40,234 nucleotides of DNA from a virus. Its lineage: Duplodnaviria; Caudoviricetes. The number at the start of each line of letters is the position of its first letter. Position 1 is the first letter of the stretch. The notes below the pieces were generated by a model. That model was given only the letters and a program-made list of their open reading frames with translations. It was not told the DNA's origin and searched no databases. A program made the translations under genes and the position numbers. Shown here piece by piece: positions 28,237 to 34,664 of this stretch. The DNA lies in the IMG/VR virus record IMGVR_UViG_3300032257_000040, positions 1 through 40,234 of that record. The stretch is one strand, 5' to 3'.

Positions 28237-28470
28237 TACCAGATAAGTACCAGATTAAAACACTGTATAAAGACCCATTAGGGCTTATTAAGCCTGTATA
28301 GCTATAATTACCTATAAAAACCCTTAAAAATAAGGCGACCCGTACGGGACTCGAACCCGTACGGGTAATTTTTGGGGAAATCGCCGGAAAGCCTTATAGA
28401 TAAAGGGATTGCGGGTTTTTTCAGGGTTGATTATCAAGCGGGATAATGACACTCTACCAGATAAGTACCA
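28237..28470. mobile_element. attP: attP: tRNA (probably Glu) 3' fragment core with arm-type repeats
   Basis: Minus strand 28334-28360 reads ACGGGTTCGAGTCCCGTACGGGTCGCC (T-arm plus acceptor 3' strand). An 11-bp inverted repeat surrounds the 7-nt T-loop. TACCAGATAAGTACCA occurs at 28237-28252 and 28455-28470. Confidence 0.88.
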
Positions 28471-28513
28471 TTTATTTCTTGCTTTTTTGGAAATATGAGT
28501 TTATGAAAGCGGA

Positions 28514-29647
28514 ATGAAACCAAAACTAAAAACGATCTGTATCGCGCTATCGCTTCTCTGTGGTGTCGCTCACTCTGCAACATATCCAGCCTGGGGTGCA
28601 GATTCCAATTATCTGGATAAGGTGAAAAGCTTCGACCGATCCGCGAAGAGGCTCGATCTTTCCAAGAGAATGGTTTCTCGGACTGCACAAGTCGGTGGTG
28701 TATTTGTCGGGGAAGTTGACAAGAAGGAATGGAGATTACTCACAAAGAAACTGGTGCGGATCAAATCTGCTCATCCAATGACGCCTATCGTGTTTGATGT
28801 TTCGGCAAAAAATAATCGAGATAAAAAAGTACTGAACTGGAAAAAATCATACATTCGAAGGAATCAAGATCGATTCGTTTACGCTGTAAATCCGAAATCC
28901 AGCCGAGCATTGAAAACGCAGTATTCCAAAATCGTTAAAGCCAACGGGCAAGACATCACTGTCTCCACTTTCAATTACCGAGCTGATCGACGGTTAGATT
29001 TGTATCACCCGAAAAAATTCAACGGGAAAACTTTCGTGTATTTCCATGCCGGGGGATGGTCGGGCGGATCTTTCAGGCAGTCGATTTTCAGGAACATCGT
29101 AGCGCACTTCGCTAGGAACGGGTACCAGTCCGTAATCGTAGAATACGCAGTCTCGAAAAGGCAGATCGACGCAACTCCTTTTGATTCTTTGGCCGATGCA
29201 AAAAGCGCGGTAAGGTGGGTAAAATCTAGACTCAATACGGACCGCTTGATTATTTGCGGATCATCGGCCGGGGGGCATCTCTCGCTTGCCATGCTTTACA
29301 GCAACCCAGAAAAATACAATCACCCGGAAGATGATTTATCGATTGATACGATTCCTGATGAAATCTGGGCGTACTTTCCTGTTCTGGATAACGGGCCGAA
29401 TGGGTACGGCTCTGATCGAGTCGGGGAAGAGTACCCTGATTTTTCGCCGCTCCACTGGTTGCGGGATTCAGGTGATCCCAGAATCACGAACGCAAGCACT
29501 CGGGTTATTCTCCATGCGTCTCCGAATGATGAAGTTGCGTCAATCCATCCAGTCAGGGAATTTAACGCAATCAACGGAAACTCTCGGCTTGTTGAGTATC
29601 CCGGAAGAACCCATCTTCAATGTCCTAGCCCTATCTTTTATCGGTGA
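28514..29647 (+). CDS. secreted alpha/beta-hydrolase (esterase, HSL/BD-FAE-like)
   Basis: Signal peptide; HAGGWSGGS oxyanion loop, GSSAGG nucleophile elbow, late D (NDEV) and H (GRTH). Confidence 0.88.
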   Translation: MKPKLKTICIALSLLCGVAHSATYPAWGADSNYLDKVKSFDRSAKRLDLSKRMVSRTAQVGGVFVGEVDKKEWRLLTKKLVRIKSAHPMTPIVFDVSAKNNRDKKVLNWKKSYIRRNQDRFVYAVNPKSSRALKTQYSKIVKANGQDITVSTFNYRADRRLDLYHPKKFNGKTFVYFHAGGWSGGSFRQSIFRNIVAHFARNGYQSVIVEYAVSKRQIDATPFDSLADAKSAVRWVKSRLNTDRLIICGSSAGGHLSLAMLYSNPEKYNHPEDDLSIDTIPDEIWAYFPVLDNGPNGYGSDRVGEEYPDFSPLHWLRDSGDPRITNASTRVILHASPNDEVASIHPVREFNAINGNSRLVEYPGRTHLQCPSPIFYR

Positions 29648-29721
29648 GATTCGCGCTGCAACTTTTCCCGTGATCCTGGAATTCATGCAAGATATTTAAA
29701 TCAAAACGCCAAAGCATAGCC

Positions 29722-29970
29722 ATGAGCGACGATAGGAAAAGAGAATATTCAAAATGCGGGTTTAAACTCGATGACTATGTAGCTCATTCGTCTGTTACTG
29801 AAAAAACCATTGGTGGAAGTGACGAGATCGTGGGGTTCACTCATGGAGGACACTTGATATTGCAGGGTTATGGTGACTCTACAATTAAAACCGTAATCCC
29901 TCAGTCGGTACGGAAGGTGGACTTCCCGCCAAAACCGCTACCGGAGATCAGATACGGAAAAACTTTCTAG
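29722..29970 (+). CDS. hypothetical protein (possible degenerate oldest cassette)
   Basis: 82 aa; stop abuts the first attC-like site. Confidence 0.65.
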   Translation: MSDDRKREYSKCGFKLDDYVAHSSVTEKTIGGSDEIVGFTHGGHLILQGYGDSTIKTVIPQSVRKVDFPPKPLPEIRYGKTF

Positions 29971-30086
29971 CACAACGCTTGAGTCCTGGTAGCGGGGCGG
30001 AAACAATTGATAATATGGAAAACGAACAAATTACGAACGACACGGAACACACAGTTGAACCGCTTACCAGCGACGACTTGGCAGGA
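29970..30086 (-). mobile_element. attC-like site 1 (outer GTT box damaged)
   Basis: GCACAAC-GCTTGA-GTCCTGGTAGCGG ... CCGC(T)TACCAG(C)GAC-GACTT-GGCAGG. Confidence 0.75.
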
Positions 30087-30089
30087 TGA
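30015..30089 (+). CDS. 24-aa leader peptide starting in attC1 loop
   Basis: MENEQITNDTEHTVEPLTSDDLAG; TGA overlaps ATG 30086. Confidence 0.5.
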   Translation: MENEQITNDTEHTVEPLTSDDLAG

Positions 30090-30415
30090 GCGATTCAATC
30101 GAATATTGTAAAGACTGCCCAGCCAATGTCGGATGTCACTTGGCTAGGAAATGCTTGGAGCTGGAAACTGAAGATGTCGCCCTTGATGTGCCGCGTCTTG
30201 TCCGGGAGGAGATAGCCAAGTTGCAAACGGGAACACTGGTAATCGTTGGTTGGCATGGATCGGAGAGGCACAAGCACGGATATACTGTCAGGAACGATTT
30301 GGGAGTGCAGGATCTGTATCATCGAGGTGATTGTGTGAGCGTGAAAAACCTATTGGATGGAACCCACGATGTATTTCTGGCTAACGACCAAGTTCTGACG
30401 CAGCCAAAACCTTGA
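30086..30415 (+). CDS. cassette gene, hypothetical
   Basis: 109 aa; reads into attC2 (LANDQVLTQPKP). Confidence 0.7.
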   Translation: MSDSIEYCKDCPANVGCHLARKCLELETEDVALDVPRLVREEIAKLQTGTLVIVGWHGSERHKHGYTVRNDLGVQDLYHRGDCVSVKNLLDGTHDVFLANDQVLTQPKP

Positions 30416-30506
30416 AACTTTATGAAAACTGAAACCGCCGAAATAGTAGAAGTGTCACCGGAGCCAATGGGCGTGGCGGCTGTCGCTCAGCAACGCCTTG
30501 TTCGTC
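30379..30506 (-). mobile_element. attC-like site 2
   Basis: GGCTAAC-GACCAA-GTTCTGA-CG-CAGCC ... GGCTG(T)CG(C)TCAG(C)AAC-GCCTT-GTTCGTC. Confidence 0.85.
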
Positions 30507-30760
30507 TTGGTGTTTGGCTGAGAAACCTCCGAGCATGGAAGACCGCACGGGCAAACCGTGACCTACAGCGAGCGATGCAGAAAGACCCCGACTTCGCGCA
30601 TGTGTGGCAATGCAATATCGCCATGCCAATCCTCGACGGAGCGAATGGGAAACTGACACCCGAAGAGGCGAACGAGATCGCAGACCGACTCATGGCGCAC
30701 CTCTTCAATGTGAAGACGAACGATAGAGGACAGGCACGGAGCGAAGCGGAGTTGTCCTGA
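30422..30760 (+). CDS. cassette gene, conserved phage protein (AMQKDPDFA..WQCNIAM motif)
   Basis: 112 aa; ATG inside the attC2 loop, stop inside attC3. Confidence 0.8.
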   Translation: MKTETAEIVEVSPEPMGVAAVAQQRLVRLGVWLRNLRAWKTARANRDLQRAMQKDPDFAHVWQCNIAMPILDGANGKLTPEEANEIADRLMAHLFNVKTNDRGQARSEAELS

Positions 30761-30775
30761 TCCGTCTTGTTATCC
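30715..30775 (-). mobile_element. attC-like site 3 (short, 61 bp)
   Basis: GACGAAC-GATAGA-GGACAGG-CA-C ..GCGAAGC.. G(T)TG(T)CCTG(A)TCC-GTCTT-GTTATCC. Confidence 0.85.
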
Positions 30776-30786
30776 AATTTGAATTT

Positions 30787-30963
30787 ATGAAAAAGAAGAC
30801 CAGACAAATTATTCACCACCTCATTTATTGGTATCTAAGAAAGTCCGGTGGGGCATTTCACACGAAACCGTATGGACCTAAAGGAAGGTATATCGTCTTG
30901 ATGAATGAGGATCAATATAGTCGATTCGAGGCGACCAGAACTCGACCAAGCATTTTAGGATAA
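30787..30963 (+). CDS. cassette gene, 58-aa basic hypothetical protein
   Basis: MKKKTRQIIHHLIYWYLRKSGGAFH...; fills the cassette; TAA is part of the GGATAAC box; below the ORF-track length cutoff. Confidence 0.75.
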   Translation: MKKKTRQIIHHLIYWYLRKSGGAFHTKPYGPKGRYIVLMNEDQYSRFEATRTRPSILG

Positions 30964-31030
30964 CGAAAAAAGTGATGACAGATAAAATGACCAGCGGGAA
31001 TGAATCTTGCTCATCCACGACTTGTTCTGC
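30958..31030 (-). mobile_element. attC-like site 4
   Basis: GGATAAC-GAAAAAA-GTGATGA-CA-GA ... TC(T)TG(C)TCAT(C)CAC-GACTT-GTTCTGC. Confidence 0.82.
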
Positions 31031-31232
31031 TTGGGAGATGCAGGAACCGGGATGGTGGACCCTCGATAAAGTTGGGGGAGTTGTAAAGGAACACAATAAT
31101 CGGTGGGGGGCATATCGTTGGAACAAGGACCAAGAAAGCCCAGTTCGGAATTTCCCAACACTGTCCAAAGCAAAAGAATTTTTAGAGCAGAACGCCAAAG
31201 GTGACTCAGGAGCACCGAACGAAAAGATATGA
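30972..31232 (+). CDS. cassette gene, Trp-rich hypothetical protein
   Basis: 86 aa; start within attC4, stop within attC5 loop overlapping the next ATG. Confidence 0.72.
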   Translation: MMTDKMTSGNESCSSTTCSAWEMQEPGWWTLDKVGGVVKEHNNRWGAYRWNKDQESPVRNFPTLSKAKEFLEQNAKGDSGAPNEKI

Positions 31233-31285
31233 ATACAGAAAAAAACTCTCCAGAGGTGGTCCTTGAGTCCACCGTCTTGTTATGC
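31187..31285 (-). mobile_element. attC-like site 5
   Basis: GCAGAAC-GCCAAA-GGTGACT-CA-GGA-G-CACC ... GGTG-G-TCC(T)TG-AGTC(C)ACC-GTCTT-GTTATGC. Confidence 0.88.
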
Positions 31286-31507
31286 GAATGCGAAGGACCG
31301 GGGCATATCTGCAAGCATTGCGACGACCGTCTGGAGAAATCCGGTTATTACGAGGATATAAAGGCCGAGGATGAAGAGAGATTATCAACGCGCCTACAAG
31401 AATTGGCATGGACGGATGGTCCATTAACCAATGATCAAAAAATTGAACTGATTGAGATTCGATCACTGTTAGAAGATATACATCATCCAGAATTATCTAA
31501 AGCATAA
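31229..31507 (+). CDS. cassette gene, small Cys-containing (CEC..CKHC) protein
   Basis: 92 aa; ATG in attC5 loop; TAA within the GCATAAC box. Confidence 0.75.
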   Translation: MNTEKNSPEVVLESTVLLCECEGPGHICKHCDDRLEKSGYYEDIKAEDEERLSTRLQELAWTDGPLTNDQKIELIEIRSLLEDIHHPELSKA

Positions 31508-31620
31508 CGACAATAGCACAGGCAGGACGGGCGAAACGATATGAAGCAGGAAAACCAATCAGATAGGATACAGTCGGAAACTCAAGAGGGTACGTCCTTG
31601 CCTGCTGCGTCTTGTTATGT
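31502..31620 (-). mobile_element. attC-like site 6
   Basis: GCATAAC-GACAATA-GCACAGG-CA-GGACG ... CGTCC(T)TG-CCTG(C)TGC-GTCTT-GTTATGT. Confidence 0.88.
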
Positions 31621-31627
31621 CTTATGA
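31541..31627 (+). CDS. 28-aa leader peptide starting in attC6 loop, coupled to MTase
   Basis: MKQENQSDRIQSETQEGTSLPAASCYVL; TGA 31625-31627 overlaps ATG 31624. Confidence 0.5.
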   Translation: MKQENQSDRIQSETQEGTSLPAASCYVL

Positions 31628-32385
31628 GGTATTCGGGCGGCAAAGCAAGGCAAGCGTCAAGCATTGCCAAGATTCTGAATGGATACTCCAAAAAGAATCA
31701 ACCCTACCTTGAACCGTTCTGCGGAATGTTCTCGGTTGGGTCTCTTGTCGCAAATCAAGTTAGGCATGGATCGGACATTGATTCGGATGTGGTCGCACTG
31801 TTGGAGGAAGTGAGAGACGGTTGGGAACCACCTGACGAGGTAACGGAAAATGACTACAATATGTGGAAAGATGATCCATCGCTGATAGAACCACGAATGA
31901 GGGCATTTGTAGGATTCGGGTGCTCCTTTGGGGGGAATAAGTGGGGTAAATATGCGAAAGATAACGCAGGAGACAGGAATTATGCTCTGAATGCGAAGAG
32001 ATCGTTGATTAAGCATTCCAAAAACCTAAAAGGAGCATCGTTTCGCGTATGCTCGTATGACGACTGGAATCCGTCTGGAATGTTGATCTACTGTGATCCG
32101 CCATACACAAACACAACTTCTGATTCGGTCCCCGGATTGTATCACTTCAACCCATTCGACTTTTGGGATTTGTGCCGCTACTGGGCAAAATCAAATATCG
32201 TTTTTGCATCGGAACGAATGTTCCCGACTCAGCACACTGAAATTGTTTCGGAGTGGGACAGACAGAAGGCGAGTAGCGAATCAAAAAAAGGAATGCTGGA
32301 AAGACTCGTCAGAGTTCATCCACGAAAAATAACCAGAAAACCATCTCAGATCGAAGTTGAACAACTTCTTTTATTCGAGACATAA
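31624..32385 (+). CDS. DNA adenine methyltransferase (Dam/D12 class), carried as a cassette
   Basis: MRYSGGK, YLEPFCG (SAM binding), IYCDPPY (catalytic); TAA within the ACATAAC box. Confidence 0.9.
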   Translation: MRYSGGKARQASSIAKILNGYSKKNQPYLEPFCGMFSVGSLVANQVRHGSDIDSDVVALLEEVRDGWEPPDEVTENDYNMWKDDPSLIEPRMRAFVGFGCSFGGNKWGKYAKDNAGDRNYALNAKRSLIKHSKNLKGASFRVCSYDDWNPSGMLIYCDPPYTNTTSDSVPGLYHFNPFDFWDLCRYWAKSNIVFASERMFPTQHTEIVSEWDRQKASSESKKGMLERLVRVHPRKITRKPSQIEVEQLLLFET

Positions 32386-32491
32386 CAGTGTTAATATGTC
32401 AGACGAATCCGCATAACTCATTGATGCGCAACTGGCAATATTTTCCATAACAAAAGTGATACTGTCAGACGGTTTGAAAAAACCACATAAC
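32380..32491 (-). mobile_element. attI-like terminal site of the cassette array
   Basis: ACATAAC box with no hairpin partner; imperfect direct repeat CATAACAGTGTTAATATGTCAGACG (32381) / CATAACAAAAGTGATACTGTCAGACG (32446); CATAAC also at 32412 and 32486. Confidence 0.6.
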
Positions 32492-32501
32492 GCTTTATAT
32501 T
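32474..32501 (+). promoter_or_regulatory. candidate sigma70 promoter for integrase
   Basis: TTGAAA-16 nt-TATATT, 5 nt before ATG 32507 (leaderless). Confidence 0.4.
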
Positions 32502-32506
32502 CAAGA

Positions 32507-33664
32507 ATGAAACAGGGTATAGGCTCGCGGAAGAAAACAAGCGTTACGGTAGCAAAGTGGAAGCACCCGACGTTTAAATATCGCGTTTCGTGGATTCAGG
32601 GGGGGAATGCGCGCGATAAAGGATTTCACAGGAAAAAAGACGCGGAAGCCTGGGCGGAAGAAAAAGAGGCTGAATTACTCGCTTTTGGTCCGTTATCTGA
32701 TTTAACGCATGATGAGCGCTCTACAGTGATCGACACCCGAGCGGATCTTTCACGGGCAGATATGACGCTTAGAAACGCGGTCAATATTGCGCTGGATCGT
32801 CACGCGAAAGAATCGGTTTCAGACGTGCCTGTTTCTGACTTGATCCAGATCGTTCTCAGGGATCGCGAAAAGGCCGGGAGATCGGAACGGTACTTGCAGG
32901 ATATTCAATCGAGATCAAAACCGTTTGAATCTGCTTTCGGTTCGCGGCTGGTTTCCTCCATCGAGCGATCCGAGATTGAAACCTGGCTCGACTCGCTCGG
33001 AGTCGCACCCAGAACCAGAAACAATTATCTCAATACTGTTCGATTGCTTTTCAATGACGCGGTTTCCCGGAAACTCTGCGATGAAAACCCGGCAACAGAA
33101 ATTACGGAATCGAAAATCATTCAGAAAGAGGCAGGGATTTTTACACCGGAGCAAATGACGGAATTTATCAAAGTTGTGGATTCGTCCCTACTTCCTGCTG
33201 TTCTTCTGTCTGGATTCGCTGGAATCAGGCGCGAGGAAGTTTCAAAGCTACGATGGAATGCCGTAAACATGGCACAGAAAACAATCTACATTTCCGCCGA
33301 AATCGCCAAACTTGGAAAGATCCGGTATGTTCCCATTGAAGACAATCTTTTAGAGTGGCTGACGCCCTACGCTGATCTTACCGGCCCGATTTGGCCTCCA
33401 GACGGAGACGGCAAGCTGTCACGGGCTAGGGCGGCTTTGAAGAAGAAAGGACACGACACCCCAGAGAATGCCTTGAGGCACTCATACGGCTCGTATCACC
33501 TCGCAGAATGGAACGACATAAACCAGACTGCACAAAATATGGGGAACTCTCCTAAGATGATTCTGGAAAGCTATCGAAAAGCCGTACCGAAATCCGTGGC
33601 AAGTGCTTACTGGTCGATTTCACCAGATCCGGGGAACGTTGTAAGATTCGAGAAAGTGTCCTAA
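32507..33664 (+). CDS. int: tyrosine integrase with N-terminal arm-binding domain
   Basis: GIRREE (R), AKLGK (K), NALRHSY, MGNS, ESY; N-terminal KYRVSW...F..KKDAEAW. ORF track starts at GTG 32456; ATG 32507 is more likely. Confidence 0.93.
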   Translation: MKQGIGSRKKTSVTVAKWKHPTFKYRVSWIQGGNARDKGFHRKKDAEAWAEEKEAELLAFGPLSDLTHDERSTVIDTRADLSRADMTLRNAVNIALDRHAKESVSDVPVSDLIQIVLRDREKAGRSERYLQDIQSRSKPFESAFGSRLVSSIERSEIETWLDSLGVAPRTRNNYLNTVRLLFNDAVSRKLCDENPATEITESKIIQKEAGIFTPEQMTEFIKVVDSSLLPAVLLSGFAGIRREEVSKLRWNAVNMAQKTIYISAEIAKLGKIRYVPIEDNLLEWLTPYADLTGPIWPPDGDGKLSRARAALKKKGHDTPENALRHSYGSYHLAEWNDINQTAQNMGNSPKMILESYRKAVPKSVASAYWSISPDPGNVVRFEKVS

Positions 33665-33691
33665 CACTGCCGACCGACAGCGCGAACTGAT

Positions 33692-33841
33692 TCAATGCGG
33701 TTCTTGCGGTTCTTCCGGTTCTTCCGGTTCTATAAGGCAAAGAATCGCATCTAGTAAAGATTCAATCTCGGGGTGGTCCTTCGCGGCCTGATCTATTTCG
33801 GCTGGAAGGTTTCGCGTTTCGGGAGGGTCAAGCGATTCCAT
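33692..33841 (-). CDS. 49-aa ORF coupled to repressor, resembling its C-terminal helices
   Basis: MESLDPPETRNLPAEIDQAAKDHPEIESLLDAILCLIEPEEPEEPQEPH; the 9-bp tandem repeat at 33697-33731 encodes the EPE tail. Confidence 0.5.
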   Translation of the reverse strand: MESLDPPETRNLPAEIDQAAKDHPEIESLLDAILCLIEPEEPEEPQEPH

Positions 33842-34259
33842 CTAAATAGTCCATCACGGATTCAGCGACTCGTAAAGGATCTTTTTCGATTTCACAGATT
33901 TTTATTATCTGTTCGCCTATTTGTTCCAATTCTGAGCTAATATACTTCCTAGATTCCGTTAGGGCTACAATCTCCCTGAACACCGAATCCAATCCGGGAT
34001 TACTATCCAGGGCAGAAGCAACGCGCAAGGCAAGCGGGGATAAATTCTCTTCAAGGTAGATCACCGGAGTTAATTCGATGTCCAAAAAATCCTCGATCTT
34101 TTTCACCGTTTCGTCGGGCAATTGCTTTACCTGACCGGAAAAAAGTTTCGTCATCCAAGGTTTTGATTTCCCTATCGCTCGTGACATCGAGGCGCGGGTT
34201 TCCCCTTTTAGCGTCAATGCTTTAGCGATTGATTCCAAGAGCGGTTCGGTAACGTCCAT
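33828..34259 (-). CDS. phage repressor (XRE-type HTH)
   Basis: RASMSRAIGKSKPWMTKLFSGQVKQL HTH; only major minus-strand gene, divergent from the early operon. Confidence 0.85.
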   Translation of the reverse strand: MDVTEPLLESIAKALTLKGETRASMSRAIGKSKPWMTKLFSGQVKQLPDETVKKIEDFLDIELTPVIYLEENLSPLALRVASALDSNPGLDSVFREIVALTESRKYISSELEQIGEQIIKICEIEKDPLRVAESVMDYLDGIA

Positions 34260-34393
34260 TTATAGAACCGTTATGGAAAATGAAGAAAATACAAATAAAT
34301 TATTTGCACTATTTGTTTTTATGGTTTCTATTACGTAAATACCAGTAACCGAAACGGTTACTTTTTTATTTAAACCTGAATAATACTAACTAT
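34260..34393. promoter_or_regulatory. divergent lysis/lysogeny control region
   Basis: AT-rich intergenic; perfect palindrome AGTAACCG-AAA-CGGTTACT at 34344-34362 followed by T-run (operator or attenuator). Confidence 0.65.
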
Positions 34394-34612
34394 ATGAAAA
34401 CTATTAAAAATCAAAGTAAAAAAACAAACCGGGAGACAACCTGTATTCAAATCGATTCGGTGACTCACTCGCGAATGAAGAAACTTAAAGAAGAAACTGG
34501 AGTCCCGATGGGCCAATTGGTTTCTTCCTTTCTCGAATATGGAGCCGGGAAAGTCGAAAGCGGAGAATTGAAAATCAAGCGGTCTGCAATCGCTCTAACT
34601 GACGCGGCTTAA
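34394..34612 (+). CDS. ribbon-helix-helix regulator in Cro position
   Basis: TTCIQIDSVTHSRMKKLKEETGVPMGQLVSSFLE. Confidence 0.75.
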   Translation: MKTIKNQSKKTNRETTCIQIDSVTHSRMKKLKEETGVPMGQLVSSFLEYGAGKVESGELKIKRSAIALTDAA

Positions 34613-34664
34613 TGCGAACGCTCTTCTTTGTTCTCATCCTTTTAATTCTCACCCTACTAACTAA

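Noticed and set aside
28334-28366. Complete tRNA gene
   Set aside because: Only the T-arm and acceptor 3' strand are present, with no D or anticodon arm. Interpreted as the attP core.
29286-29699. 137-aa + strand ORF suggesting an esterase frameshift
   Set aside because: The main frame already holds the Ser, Asp and His motifs; this is a shadow ORF.
29701-29800. A seventh intact attC site
   Set aside because: The left arm resembles the others, but the right arm lacks correct spacing, and GTTACTG is not complementary to GCACAAC. At most a relic.
29970-32386. CRISPR array or simple terminators/REP elements
   Set aside because: The hairpins share structure but not sequence, the intervening units are whole genes, and there are no U-tails. 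Cross-cassette box complementarity fits attC only.
30500-32386. Shufflon / invertible segments, since each gene is flanked by 7-9 bp inverted boxes
   Set aside because: The boxes differ between cassettes, all genes share one orientation, and each box is part of an attC-type hairpin.
32507-33664. Integron integrase IntI
   Set aside because: It has an arm-binding N-terminus, lacks a visible IntI-specific insertion, and a lambda-type attP is present. An HMM check is still advisable.
33697-33731. 9-bp tandem repeat as integrase arm sites
   Set aside because: Arm-type repeats already flank the tRNA core at 28.2-28.5 kb. This repeat is better explained as coding for the EPE tail of the 49-aa ORF.
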